A DNA stretch of 64,000 nucleotides from Octopus vulgaris (lineage: Eukaryota). Made by a program: the position numbers and the translations under genes. The number at the start of each line of letters is the position of its first letter. Position 1 is the first letter of the stretch. Positions 41,128-54,924 of this stretch are shown piece after piece. The stretch is from the NCBI GenBank assembly GCA_951406725.2, contig OX597836.1, positions 11,718,001 through 11,782,000 on the forward strand, written 5' to 3'. The notes below the pieces were generated by a model. The model saw only the letters and a list, made by a program, of their open reading frames with translations. It searched no databases and was not told the origin of the DNA.

Positions 41128-41328
41128 CACTGCTCACCATTGAGTAAATATAGTTAACTGTGCAATCTGCATACGGTCAGAAATGCCTTTTTCTACCACG
41201 TGGCCTACCGCACGGAAGTTAAAAGTGTTGGATAAAATGAATTTATTCAAACCTACTAGTGGTAGCAGTTATTATTGTTAATAGTTTTGATAGTTACCAG
41301 GGTGATTATTGTAATGATAATGATAGTA

Positions 41329-42472
41329 GGGCGCAGGAGTGGCTGTGGAGGCACATGGCCTAGTGGTTAGAGCAGCGAACTCGCGGTCGAGGGATCGTGG
41401 GTTCGAATCTCAGACCGGACGATTTTGTGTGTTTATGAGCGAAACACCTAAGCTCCACGCGGCTCTGGCAGAAGGTAATGGCGAACTAGTGGAGCACATG
41501 GCCTAGTGGTTAGAGCAGCGAACTCGCGGTCGTGGGATCGTGGGTTCGAATCTCAGACCGGACGATTTTGTGTGTTTATGAGCGAAACACCTAAGCTCCA
41601 CGCGGCTCTGGCAGAAGGTAATGGCGAACTAGTGGAGGCACATGGCCTAGTGGTTAGAGCAGCGGACTCGTGGTCGTGGGATCGTGGGTTCGAATCTCAG
41701 ACCGGACGATTTTGTGTGTTTATGAGCGAAACACCTAAGCTCCACGCGGCTCTGGCAGAAGGTAATGGCGAACTAGTGGAGGCACATGGCCTAGTGGTTA
41801 GAGCAGCGGACTCGTGGTCGTGGGATCGTGGGTTCGAATCTCAGACCGGACGATTTTGTGTGTTTATGAGCGAAACACCTAAGCTCCACACGGCTCTGGC
41901 AGAAGGTAATGGCGAAACTTCCGCTGACTCTTTCGCCACAACTTTCTCTCACTCTTTCCTCCTGCATCTTGCAGCTCACCTGCGTCGGACCGGCGTCCCG
42001 TCCAGGTGGGGAAACTATACGCCAAGGAAACCGGGAAACCGGCCCTTATGAGCCAGGCATGGCTAGAGAAGGAACAAACAACAGCAGGAGTGGCTGTGTG
42101 GTAAGTAACTTGCTTACGAACCATATGGTTCCGGGTTCAGTCCCACTGCGTGGCATATTGGGTACGGCCGACCAAAGCCTTGTGAGTGGATTTGGTAGAC
42201 GGAAACTGAAAGAAGCCCGTCGTATATATATATGCGTGTGTGTTTGTGTGTTTGTGTTTGTCCCCCCACCAACATTGTTTGACAACCGATGCTGGTCTGT
42301 TTGCGTCCCCGTAACTTAGCGGTTCGGCAAAAAGAGACCGCGATGGAATAAGTACTAGGCTTACAAAGAAATAAGTCCTGGGGAGTCGATTTGCTCGACT
42401 AAAAGCCGGTGCTCCAGCATGGCCGCAGTCAAATGACTGAAACAAGTAAAAGGGTAAAAGAATAAAAGAGTA
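41329..42472 (+). mobile_element. Abundant tRNA-like SINE with internal (TA)n/(TG)n tract (probably octopus OK-type), interrupted by the four-headed SINE
   Basis: GGCGCAGGAGTGGCTGTGTGGTAAG...GGTTCAGTCCCACTGCG...GCTCCAGCATGGCCGCAGTCAAATGACTGAAACAAGTAAAAG. Other copies or fragments at ~750-965, 9233-9397, 9440-9800, 22695-23085, 38390-38540, 39485-39715, 48685-49070, 55817-55935 with 57290-57470, 61150-61328 and 61685-62040. Confidence 0.82.
41345..42083 (+). mobile_element. OR-type SINE with four tandem tRNA heads
   Basis: Heads at 41345, 41489, 41632 and 41776 followed by a single body and tail. TSD GCAGGAGTGGCT at 41333-41344 and 42084-42095. Confidence 0.9.
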
Positions 42473-42871
42473 AGGTTAACAACTCTTTTATTCTACTAGA
42501 AGATAAGATAGTTTTGGGGGCAAGACTTAGAGCTGAGCAGTAAATTTTCCAAGTATTTGGCTCGAACAGGGAAAACCTCGGAACACCAAATAAATCTTCT
42601 CGTGATACGAATAAGATTCCCAATACAACACTTTACTCGAAAATAGAGAGCAAATAGAAATTCTTCCAATGATAATTAATTTATTGGTGAAACAAACCGT
42701 TTGTGTAACTGTAAAATACAGCTCAAATAACCAGTACTTAGGGAAACATTTCCGATATATATGTACTGTAGCAGGGCAATTGGATGTACCTTATTCTGAG
42801 ATCTTTTAGCGAATCGTTGAAATACAAGGAGGTTAATAAACTAACACCGGTTCTCAAGGGACGATGGACAA

Positions 42872-42904
<33 letters not shown>

Positions 42905-43043
42905 TATGCACTGGTATAATTGATGACGAAAGAGAAGATGGTTTTGGTACGAAACTATTCAACGCGTTGATCGTTTCGACGAACCCTACAGCTGTTCCTT
43001 ATAGGTTGGATGCCATGCTGTGCGTCTAGTTGTATTGCAGCCC

Positions 43044-43437
43044 GTGGAGGCGCAATGGCCCAGTGGTTAGGGCAGCGGACTCGTGGTCGTAGGATCGCGG
43101 TTTCGATTCCCAGACCGGGCGTTGTGAGTGTTTATTGAGCGAAAACACCTAAAGCTCCAGGAAGCTCCGGCAGGGGATGGTGGTGATCCCTGCTGTACTC
43201 TTTCACCACAACTTTCTCTCACTCTTACTTCCTGTTTCTGTTGTACCTGTATTTCAAAGGGCCGGCCTTGTCACTCTCTATGTCACGCTGAATATCCCCG
43301 AGAACTACGTTAAGGGTACACGTGTCTGTGGAATGCTCAGCCATTTACACGTTAATTTCACGAGCAGGCTGTTCCGTTGATTCGGATCAACCGGAACCCT
43401 CGTCGTCGTAACCGACGGAGTGCTTCCATTCCATCCA
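43044..43437 (+). mobile_element. Full-length copy of the second OR-type SINE
   Basis: Aligns with 39003-39388. Probable TSD ATTGCA(G/A)CCC at 43034-43043 and 43438-43447. Confidence 0.88.
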
Positions 43438-43454
43438 TTGCAACCCAAAGTCCA

Positions 43455-43494
<40 letters not shown>

Positions 43495-43637
43495 ATGCAT
43501 TTCCGATATAAATGTACAGTAGCAGCTGATTGAATGCACCTTTACTGGTTCTGGTCGATATTGGGTGTTAACTGCTATTTACTGTTAGTTCTCTCTTCTA
43601 CATTCCTAACGGTGTGGTAGGCTTTGAGAGAAATATA

Positions 43638-43896
43638 AATAAATAAAATAAATGCGCCCTTTTAAAGCCTAGCCAGGATTCATGGGCCCGGTTTCCCGGT
43701 TTCAATGGCGTATGAGTTCCCCAGCTGGACAGGACGCCAGTCCATTGCAGCGTTACTCATTTTTACCAGCTGAGTGAACTAGAGCAACGTGAAATGAAGT
43801 GTTTTGCTCAAGAACACAACGCCCGGTCCAGGAATCGAAACCACAATCTTACGATCATGACGCTGACACCCTAACCACTGAGCCACGCGCCTCCAC
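43638..43896 (-). mobile_element. tRNA-derived SINE variant with 14-bp TSD
   Basis: TSD TTGAGAGAAATATA at 43624-43637 and 43897-43910. Central TTCTTGAGCAAAACACTT CORE-like segment. Tail shared with 46050-46490. Confidence 0.88.
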
Positions 43897-44061
43897 TTGA
43901 GAGAAATATACAGGGGTTTTTCTAAATCTAGGTATACTACAGTCGATTAAATAGGGATTAATTAGTCAGTACAATTAACATAATTTTGTATTAGGCAACA
44001 CTAGCTTATACGAAACGTGCATAAGCAAATCATGAATTGTAAATTATGATTTTAAAATGTA

Positions 44062-44446
44062 CTAGCAGTATCGCCCGGCGTTGCTCGGGTTTGTAAGGGA
44101 AATAACTATAAGGCATTTTTAGAGAGTTATAGCCAAAAAATAGCAAAAAAATGGAAAAAAAATTATGGTAAATTTTTTTGAGAGTTAAAAAAGGTCGAGT
44201 TGCGTCCCCTAGACAGTCTGTGGTTTGTGTTTCTGATTCTCGACCCCATGTCGAATTTATCGATTTTTTTTCAGAACTGGGGGAACTTTTCAAAATTTTC
44301 GCTGCGTTAGTTTTGAATTATGACATTGGGCTATGTGTGTGTCAAGTTTCATCAGAATCGGTTGAAAGCCGTGGTCAGGGTGAGGGTACAACCTAACAGA
44401 CACACAGACACGCAGACAGACAAACTGCCGTTTATATAGAGAGAGA
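44062..44446 (-). mobile_element. Non-autonomous Helitron (Lep1-like organisation)
   Basis: On the minus strand: A|TC 5' end, (CTGT)n near the 5' end, subterminal hairpin CCCGAGCAACGCCGGG, 3' end CTAG|T, no TSD. Confidence 0.85.
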
Positions 44447-44882
44447 TGATTGTCCATTTCTCTGTGTTTTATACAATTATCTCTAATCTCAAACAGGATC
44501 TTTCCGAAGTGAATTTTGGATTTACTAATCGAACAGTGATACAAATATAATTATATGGATTGCATGATTTAGTTAGCCAAGTTTGATTACTACAGAGTAC
44601 TTCAAAATTATTCGTCTGAATTTTAAAAATCCTTATTGTTATAGGCATGTGATTTTGTGCATATGTGTGTGTGTGTGTGTGTGTGTGTAAATAGATAAAT
44701 AGAGATAGACTATGTAAAAGCTGAAGGAGAGAGAGATAGGGGGAGAGAGCTAAATGAGCAGTCAGTTGGTAGTCACCTTTAGTTGAGTAAACGGGAGCAG
44801 CGTAAAATGAAGTACCTTGCTCAAGGACACAACACATCACCTGATCACACATACACATACACACACACACACACATACACAC

Positions 44883-44951
<69 letters not shown>

Positions 44952-45041
44952 AAAATTAGATAGATAGATAGATAAATAGATAGATGGAAAGATTAGATAG
45001 ATAGACAGACAGACAGACAAACAGATAGATAGATAGATAGA

Positions 45042-45282
45042 TATGTTTCTTTATTAGCCACACAGGGCTGCACACAGATAGAACAAATTACAAGGTAGAG
45101 CTTTTCTTTTGAAGGTTTAAAAAAAAAAATTAAAAATTAAAAAAAATAAAATAAAAAAAAAAATCCGAACGGGTAGCGCTTCTCGGTAGCACCGCCAGGC
45201 CAGGGATCTCTGGAAGTTGTCCATAGGTCCCGGGCCGAAAGTCGTTTGAAACAGGCGGGTCAGGTATTCCTCGTCGACGCCC

Positions 45283-45284
<2 letters not shown>
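45042..45284 (-). mobile_element. Short, internally deleted copy of the same Tx1-clade LINE
   Basis: 45165-45284 encodes [39 protein letters not shown] (matches ~35826-35948). 45042-45120 matches the LINE 3' end (~36705-36785). Flanked on both sides by (TAGA)n. Confidence 0.92.
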
Positions 45285-45348
<64 letters not shown>

Positions 45349-45390
45349 GTAGATAGATAGACAGATAGACAGACAGACAGACAGACAAAC

Positions 45391-45490
<100 letters not shown>

Positions 45491-46049
45491 GGGCAGACAG
45501 AAAGACAGACACACACACAGATAAATAAACCCACAAATAAATAAAAGATGAAATTTTTTCATATGATTCGACAAATGAATGAAAGCTTCATCATCTATAC
45601 AATTATATAATTGGCATATTAATTAAAATGTAATGGGTTACCCTTAGCAACCAGAGAGAAGAATCAAACCGATGAATTGCTACGAAACTAACCAGATTCA
45701 AGAAGTTTCCCCGACGTTCCTGGTTCCCATCTTTTTGTTGCATCGCAGTCATTAATGTCGTAATTTATGCTGGAAAATAGACAGCCATGCGCTGTTGTTC
45801 TTCTGAAAAATACATTCATCTAGAAAATATTTGCGTATTCTCGTGGGAAATTGCATCTGCGATTCCTTAAAGGTCCCCCTCTCTCTCTCTTACTCTCTTA
45901 CTCTCTCTCTCGCGCGCGCGCTCGCTCCACTTATTTATATTAACGTGAAATGTAGGTTCTGTAACTTGACAGCTTTTTCTCTCTTAATTTTTTTTTAGTT
46001 CGCACGAAATAAAGTGCAAGATCCACGGTGACCTTCGCTTTCTTTATTT

Positions 46050-46490
46050 CATATTTATTTATTTATGCGCCCTTTTCAAGCCTAGCCAGGGTCATGGGCC
46101 CGAATTTCCCGGTTTCTATGGCGTATGTGTTTCCCCTAGCTTGAAGGGACGCCAGTCCATCGCAGCGTTACTCAAGAAACAGGAAGAAAGAGCGAGAGAA
46201 AGTTGGGGGCGAAAGAGTACAAGAGGGGTCGCCACCACCCCCTGCTGGAGTCTTGTGGAGCTTTTAGGTGTTTTCGCTCAGTAAAAACACACAACGCCCG
46301 GTCTGGGAATCGAAACCGCGATCCTCTGACCGCGAGTCCGCTGCCCTAACCACTGGGCCATTGCGCCTCCACAAAATAAATGCGCCCCTTTTAAAGCCTA
46401 GCTAGGTTCAAGGGCCCGGTTTCCCGGTTTCTATCGCGTATGTGTTCCCCTAGCTTGAAGGGACGCCAGTCCATCGCAGCGTTACTCATT
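46050..46490 (-). mobile_element. OR-type SINE plus adjacent tail fragment
   Basis: Head ends at ~46372 (CCATTGCGCCTCCAC). The tail sequence is repeated at 46373-46490. Confidence 0.82.
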
Positions 46491-47328
46491 TAAATGATTA
46501 TTCCGGGGCATATTCACCATCTACTTCAGTTTCTGCTTTCTATTTGCTTGGCAGACGGTCGGAATAATCATTTAAAGATGTTTTTGTTAAATGCTGTTTT
46601 GGCTTTGTCGAATAAAACTTATTGAAAAAAAGCCGCAATAATTATGCACCAACCTCATATAAATACATATTTCTTTATTGCCCTCAAGGGGCTAAACACA
46701 GAGAGGACAAACAAGGACATACAAACGGATTAAGTCGATTATATCGACCCCAGTGCGGTAACTGGTACTTAATTTATCGACCCCGAAAGAATGAAAGGCA
46801 AAGTCGACCTCGGCGGAATTTGAACTCAGAACGTAACGGCAGACAAAATACGGCTACGCATTTCGCCCGGCGTGCTAACATTTCTGCCGGTTCATATAAA
46901 TACAAATCATATTTGCCCGCAGAGCGGACTTGAATAACGTGAAATAAAGTGTTTTGCTCAAGAACACAACACGCTGCAAGTACTCGAACTCACTGCCTTA
47001 CATTTACAAGCCAAATACCTCTAACCACTAAACCACACGCTTAACCACCAAGCCAGTGTCCACTAGACAGCATGTCAGGTGATGGAGAGTAACAATACTT
47101 CCGTTTCTCATTCAGTCTCTTTCTGTCTGAACATCTCTCCTGTATATTTATCTCGTTCGCTAAGCTTACATTTCCGTGTGTGAGGTGAACTCAGCCAACC
47201 AAGATAATATCACTTCAGACTTTAATTCATACATACTTTAGCACCAATGTATTAAATTGGAAGCTGGTAATTTAATAATCATTCACTCTTTGACAATAAG
47301 TAGGTCTACCATCGTACACGTAGGTGGT

Positions 47329-47380
<52 letters not shown>

Positions 47381-47638
47381 AGTACTAGTGTGTGCATTTA
47401 TGCTAACAAATATATATGCTTATACACACACACATATACACATAATTATCTTTATCCATACATAAATATGCATAATATACATATAAAACTATATGTATAT
47501 ACACACATAATACTTCTTTATTCATAGATAAATATACATATAAAACTACATGTGTACACACACATATATGAATTATATATATGAATTATATATATAGACA
47601 TATATGTATATATATATATGTATGTATATATATATACA

Positions 47639-47688
<50 letters not shown>

Positions 47689-47707
47689 CATATATATATA
47701 CATATAT

Positions 47708-47752
<45 letters not shown>

Positions 47753-47782
47753 CATATATATATATATATGTATGTATGTATG

Positions 47783-47814
<32 letters not shown>

Positions 47815-48450
47815 ATCATATTCTGAGTTCTATTTCCCTGTTTGCATCATCATAACTATATACACGTGCATGCAAATGAGTGTAACTGCGTGTCTGTATA
47901 AATCTTTGTATGTACTTTTAGATATCTCATGTATATATATATATATATATATGCACGTATGCATACATTCTATGTATACACGTCTTAGCATACATAAATC
48001 TGTTTATCTGTGTATACATATATGTAAATATATGTATGTATGTGTGTGTATGTGTATTGTTTGATTGTGTGTGTATAGAGAGAGAGAGATATGATATATA
48101 CACACATTTATATGCATTTATATGAGTGTACGCATATATCTACGTGTGTAGTTGTGTGTGTGTATGTGAGTTCGGGCGTGTGTGTGTGTGTGCGTGTGTG
48201 TTGTGTGCAATTGAATGTAAATAATATTCACTTCAGATTGACAAAAATTCGTAGCACCCAGCACCTGTTGTGCCATTGTGCAATCTCTGTGATTTAATAT
48301 CTGCCTTACGACTCAAGTTATCCACTCGAGTTTCATGTTCGATTATCTGCTACACCCAGCTTTCCTCCATATTTTGACAAGAGCTTCTTTAAAACATTAA
48401 ATCACTAAATATGAAACTTATTTAAACTCTCTTTTACTGATTTATTTGCT

Positions 48451-48683
48451 GAAGAGCGATTGAATCATCTTCTTCGCGAAAATCCGCGTCAAACCACCAG
48501 AGAAATGTGATAAAAAAAAAGTGTGGTGAATCACATTCACTCAATGGGCAAGATTCAGAAACTCGGCGTTTGGACGCCACACTGAGCGAAAACAAAAATC
48601 AACGCTCCACAATCGCTCCCACTTGGCGCGCTCGACATCGCTCAACATATGGTCACAAACAACGTTTTCTTTACTGTATAGTC
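48451..48683 (+). pseudogene. Decayed mariner (Tc1/mariner) transposase fragment
   Basis: Frameshifted peptides EERLNHLLRENPRQTTREM / VVNHIHSMGKIQKLGVWTPH / LSENKNQRSTIA...KQRFLYCIV: HTH region, WVPHEL-like motif, up to just before TGDEKW, where a SINE interrupts. Confidence 0.85.
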
Positions 48684-49072
48684 TTACTCCTTACTCTTTT
48701 ACCTGTTTCAGTCATTTGACTGTGGCCATGCTGGAGCACCGCCTTTAGTCGAGCAAATCGACCCCAGGACTTATTCTTTGTAAGCCTAGTACTTATTCTA
48801 TCGGTCTCTTTTGCCGAACCGCTAGGTTACGGGGACGTAAGCACACCAGCATCGGTTGTCAAGCGATGTTGGGGAGACAAATACAGACACACATACATAT
48901 ATATATACATATATACATATATACGACGGGCTTGTTTCAGTTTCCGTCTACCAAATCCACTCACAAGGCTTTGGTCGGTCCGAGGCTATAGTAGAAGATT
49001 TGTTCGACTAAAGGCAGTGCTCCAGCATGGCCGAAGTCAAATGACTGAAACAAGCAAAAGATTAAAAGATTG

Positions 49073-49122
<50 letters not shown>

Positions 49123-49153
49123 ATGTATGTATATGAGTGTATGTGCGCATATA

Positions 49154-49192
<39 letters not shown>

Positions 49193-50447
49193 CTGTATAT
49201 GAGTGTATGCGCGCGCATATTTGTGTATATATATATATATGTGTGTGTGTATGTGTGTGTGTGTGTAACTGTGTGTGTTCATTCGTGTACATATATGATT
49301 GCGCATGTGCATGTATGTGTATATATGAATATGCGAGTGTCTATGTATGAAGCTGTGTATCTGTGTATATGTATATTTATGCTTATGTGTCTATTTATAC
49401 ATATGTGTGAGAATATATATCAGTGTGTGTGTGTGTTTTTGATGTGTGTGTATGTATGCACATACGCATACAACACACACGCGCACACCTTTGTGTGACA
49501 TTTCATATACGAGATTTTTATTTAGGCCTCTGTATTCACGGCAAATTAAACTCGGTTTTACAGTTAATACGAGTAAGTTCATATCAGCAAATTGCAAAGA
49601 AAACCGTGTTAACATGGCAGTTTTGCATGCAATTATCGCTGCTTGGATTAATTTGAACAATTAATAGATTACTTATATTTCGCTGATGTATTAAACGATT
49701 TACTCGAGGCAACAGCTTGCGCGATCATTTTTCCAAACATTTGTGAATTTCTAATGAAACTTTGATTTTATTCAGAGGAAAGGTCGCTGGGTTTTGCATA
49801 CATTCGACACACGATGTCAAAATGGCGAATGTAAAATCTATTTTATTTATGTAATTTATTGATGTATTTGTTTAAAGAGTTAGTCCATATCTCGCCGTTG
49901 TGGTCACTGAGATTTGAACACATTCGGCACACGACGGCAGTAAGTTCAAATCTCAGCCACCTTTTTCTTTTTAATTTTATGTTCTTACTCCTTCCGTGGT
50001 CGACAAGCTAAAACACGGAGGCTTATATAATCGGCTTTCTATTTCCCATGTCAATTCAAACAAGAGAAAATTTGCAGCCTTACTTTTAAGTAAGTAAAAA
50101 AAAAAGATAGTTTACTATGCCTTCCACGTAACGTTCCGGTAGAGTTTTAAGCACGATTTTAATGCTATTTTACACCGGCATCTTGGCTAAGTGTCTTCTA
50201 TTATTGCCTCGAATCAACTAATGCCTTCTAAGCGAATTTGGTAGACGGAAACTGAAAGAAACTTGGTTTATGAGTGTGTGTGCGTGTATATATATATATA
50301 TAGAGAGAGAGAGAGATGAGTGTATTTTTCCCTTGTCAACAATTAACACGGAAAAAATAGATAAATAGTTACCAGGGTAGCAAAAAACCACACAAGTAAA
50401 CATGTGTCGAAAGTAAAAGTATTTGATTTATACCTGCGTTAAACTCC

Positions 50448-50487
<40 letters not shown>

Positions 50488-50490
50488 TTA

Positions 50491-50528
<38 letters not shown>

Positions 50529-50554
50529 TAGGTGTATATAAATATATTTATACG

Positions 50555-50586
<32 letters not shown>

Positions 50587-50673
50587 TGTATACGTGTGTA
50601 TAATCTTATATATGTATATGTATATGTGTGTACACGTATACACACACATAAACACACACACACACATACACAC

Positions 50674-50808
50674 ACACGAAAAGATAGCTTAAACTGTGCT
50701 CTAAATGGAAGTGTAGTCAAATCCTATTTTATGGACTCAACCATGTTCTACAATAAGTGGAAAGGTAAGCTACTATAAATCTGCACGAACTTTCCGGACA
50801 ACCCAATA
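50674..50808. mobile_element. Probable mariner-type terminus
   Basis: CTGCACGAACTTTCCGGACAACCCAA followed by TA resembles mariner TIRs. No partner TIR seen in the window. Confidence 0.5.
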
Positions 50809-51432
50809 TATTTTTAGTATATATGTCTATATAAAAATGGTGAACGACTTGACTGGGACTTCGACTCCAATTTGAGTCCCCCTCAGAGGCAGCGTACATT
50901 CGATTCTGTCTGTCAATGGAAGAATATGTATCTAATGACGTCATAAGTTCCCCAAATACGAGACTCCGTGAAAAGAAAATTCCCGCTGGCGTAATGTTCG
51001 TACGGATTTTAGTATCTTTCTGTGCTATTTTCGATATAGATATGTATTTATCTTGTATCTATTTGCTAGGGGCATATTCTTGCAATTAATTTAATTAGCT
51101 CGTGTGAGTGTGTGTGTGTGTGTGTATGTACTAGAATGTTACCCGTTATATAATGCTTAACTTCAGAAGTATACTTTTACTGGTGTGGATAATATCAGAA
51201 ATTATGTCATCCGTACCTTAATTATAAATCTGGTATTTATCAATTTTCTCGCTGTTTATACAAAATGATGAAATGAATACTAGTTACAGCATATCCTATG
51301 CTGTATCGGTGTTGCCAAAAATTGCCATCTCATATAAACATTAACATGTAAAGGGTTAATATAGGATGGGATAATTAGAAAATATTTTATACGAAACAGT
51401 GGAAATATTTCGCGGAATTAAACATTATTCTA

Positions 51433-51733
51433 GCGTGGAAGGTGTTTGTAAGCCATTTAAGAAACACACAAAAGCCGTTCGATTCACTTCAACATTTAAG
51501 TTTAATTTGTCAAAATATTTTCGTCGCTTTAAGACCGCGACCTGTTCATTGACAAACAGGTCGCGGTCTTATAGCGACGAAAATATTTTGACAAATCAAA
51601 CTTAAATGTTGAAGTGAATCGAACGGCTTTTGTGTGTTTCTTAAATGGCTTACAAACACCTTCCACGCAGCAGTTGTTTTCGTCCCAGCACACGATCTCA
51701 GATCAAATCACTTGCTATGCAAGTACATCTCCT
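51433..51733. mobile_element. Inverted-repeat element (arms ~51433-51546 and ~51555-51668)
   Basis: ~114-bp near-perfect arms. The extension 51631-51733 recurs in reverse at ~59345-59446 between (AAT)n tracts. Confidence 0.75.
51506..51556 (-). ncRNA. Hammerhead-like fold with altered positions 3 and 8
   Basis: tttgtca ATGAACA g GTCGC ggtcttaaa GCGAC GAAA ATAT TT tgacaaa: 7-bp stem I, 5-bp stem II, palindrome AATATT. Core reads A3/C8 instead of C3/G8. Confidence 0.5.
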
Positions 51734-52510
51734 TCGTAAAAAACATTATTCTCTTTTTTTTATACACAGAAAAAAGACAAAACGAGGTTTTACAATTATT
51801 GGACTCAGTAGTCCATTTATAAATTGGGGCGTTAAGCCTTTTAAACACAATAACATACAATAAACATTAAATATTATACAATAAACATGCAGATATATTT
51901 CATCACAGAAACAAAAAAAAACAAAGAGATAAAAGGTGCGGATTAAGGATCGAATGATAATGCGTTCAGCCACACCTCGCGGGACGTAATTGCAAATGGC
52001 CAGCGACAAGTCGCGGCAATACCTGCTCCCACTTCGCCGGGGTTCGTTTCTCAGACGAGCCATGGTCATCCGATTTTTCTTTTTCTTTCTCTCTTTTTTT
52101 TTCTCGGAGGAAATCAGTAGTGCTGGGATCCAAGAACATCTGAGATCAAACTTCATTGGACATTTGGCTTTTGCCGTTATGATGATTGCTGTTGTGAGTA
52201 GTGGTAGTGGTGGGAGGTGGTTTTCTGATTATTCTTCTTGCCTGTTGTTTAAGTATCAATTGTTACATAAATACTGTCGACCAGTGGTGGAAAATAGTTT
52301 CTTGTTTGGCGTTGGCAATCAATTGTATATATACAAATGTGTGTGGTGGGGAGTGTGTGTGTGTATGAGTGAGTGTGTGTGTGTGTATGTATATATATAT
52401 ATATATGATGCCGTCTTAACAGGACTGAAAAATGTTGGCTCCTGGCCTAAGTCTGATTTCACGGGTTTTAAGTTGAAAGACAAATAAGTGCACTACGTAG
52501 GAAGGTGTGA

Positions 52511-52586
<76 letters not shown>

Positions 52587-53147
52587 ATACATATAGCTGT
52601 GTAAGTGTGTGTATGAGAGACAAAGAGAGAAATACGGGAAAAAGAGAGAGAGAGGAATGTGTGTATGTGTGTATGCGTATGTGTGTGTATGGGAGAGTGA
52701 GAGAGGATGAAAGGCAAAAAGGTCAGTGTATGTGTGTGAGAGAAAGAGAGAGAAAGAGAATGAGAGACAAAAGTGTCTGTGTATGTGCGAGAGAGAGAGT
52801 GATGGAGAGAGGGAGACAGAGAGAAAAGGAGAGAGACAGAGAAAAATGAGCGGGTTAAAAATCGTCTGTTTATGAAGTATATTTCATCGGTTCTTGCCGA
52901 AAGATAAGACGTTTCACAGCCAAAAAGGTTTTCTGTGATCCTAACTTAATACTGGGAATTAATATCACACAAACGTCTGCAATTATTTCATCAAAACAGA
53001 GCTATACAATATGAATAATTCCAGAATCTTCTATGAAACGTGTTTTAAAAACACCGACTACATTCAGATTGCTATTCCACCGTTTTCTGTTTTTGCTTAT
53101 TTCACCGATATTTTTCAGTCAAATTTTCAGTTGATTTTTCCTCTGCT

Positions 53148-53795
53148 TGAGTAGGCACAAGGCCCCGAAAATTTGGGGGAGGGGGCAGTCGATTAGATCG
53201 TCCCCAGTAAGCAACTGGTACTTAATTTATCGTTCACCTAAAGGATGAAAGGCAAAGTCGACCTCTTCGGAATTTGAACTCAGAACGTAAAGACAGACGA
53301 AATTCCGCTAAGCATTTCGCCCGGCTTGCTAACATTTCTTATTTCTTTTTGCCCACAAGGGGCTAAACATAGAGGGAACAAACAAGGACAGACAAAGGGA
53401 TTAAGTCGATTACATCGACCTCAGTGTGTAATTGGCACTTAATTTATCGACCCCGAAAGGATGAAAGGCAAAGTCAAACTCAGCGGAATTTGAACTCAGA
53501 ACGTAGCGGCAGACGAAATACGTATTTCTTTACTACCCAAAAGGGGCTTAACACAGAGCGGACAAACAATGACAGACAAACAGATTAAGTCGATTATATC
53601 GACCCCAGTGCATAACTGGTACTTATTTAATCGACCCCGAAAGGGTTCGACCCTAGTGCATAACTGGTAATTATTTAATCGACCCCGAAAGGATGAAAGG
53701 CAAAGTCAACCTCAGCGGAATTTGAACTCAGAACGTAACTGCAGACGAAATACCACTAAGCATTTCGCCCGGTGTGCTAACGATCCTGCCAGGTC
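53148..53795 (-). mobile_element. Trimer of the third SINE family
   Basis: Three AAGGATGAAAGGCAAAGTC...GGAATTTGAACTCAGAACG blocks. Confidence 0.83.
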
Positions 53796-54311
53796 ATCCA
53801 AGATTTTGAAACACGACCAGCAATATTTGTTTTTTGGTTTTCTTTTTGCAGAGGAGGGTATATAAGCCCATTACATTGATCCCAGAGTTTACTAACAGGT
53901 CAAGTGAATATCATCTCCCTTCGTTGTCCTCCTACAACTATTTCTACAGCCCTGGTTGATTTCGCTCTTCTGGTGTCCACATCAAGACAGAATACAAAGT
54001 ACAGGAATGATAAAAATTTATAACCAGCAGCTAATCAAAATCTAACAGAAATCTCTTAATCTATAGCGGGTGGAGAGTTAATTAATTCGTGTTATAACGA
54101 CGAAAACAGACAGAACATGCGTCATTTTCTCTTAAAAGCAATCTATCTCCACGCCATTAGACATCTGATAAAAGACTGGTTCACAACAATTGCAAATCCA
54201 TTGTTCGGTTTTTCATACTCTTCGACTGAGTCTCCAAAACATATAATCAGACGAAAGCAGCAGGGATATTGCCGTTCTTTGTCGCTAAATTGATCAGATT
54301 CATGCGTCCTG

Positions 54312-54434
54312 TTAATAATAATAATAATAACAATAATAATAATAATGATGATAATAATAATAATAATAATAATAATGATAATAAAAATAATAATGATAAT
54401 AATAATAATTATGATGATAATAATAATAATAATG

Positions 54435-54502
<68 letters not shown>

Positions 54503-54759
54503 AATAATATTAATAATGATGATGATAATAATAATAATAATGATAATAATAATAATAATAATAATGATAATAATAATAATATTAATAATAATATTAATGA
54601 TAATAATAATAATAATAATAAAAATAATAATGATAATAATAAAAACAATAATAATAATAATAATGATGATGATGATGATAATAATGATAATAATGATAAT
54701 AATAATAATGATAATAAAAATAATAATAATAATGATAATAATAATAATAATAACAATAA

Positions 54760-54790
<31 letters not shown>

Positions 54791-54887
54791 AATAATATTA
54801 ATAATGATGATGATAATAATAATAATAATGATAATAAAAATAATAAAAATAATAATAATAATAATAATATTAATAATAATATTAATG

Positions 54888-54924
<37 letters not shown>

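Noticed and set aside
41345-41910. tRNA gene array or CRISPR-like array
   Set aside because: The units are SINE heads that continue into SINE body sequence. No intact acceptor stem or terminator, no unique spacers, eukaryotic context.
51746-52487. Overlapping ORFs 51746..52156 (-) and 51990..52487 (+)
   Set aside because: No recognisable domain, and parts run through low-complexity tracts.
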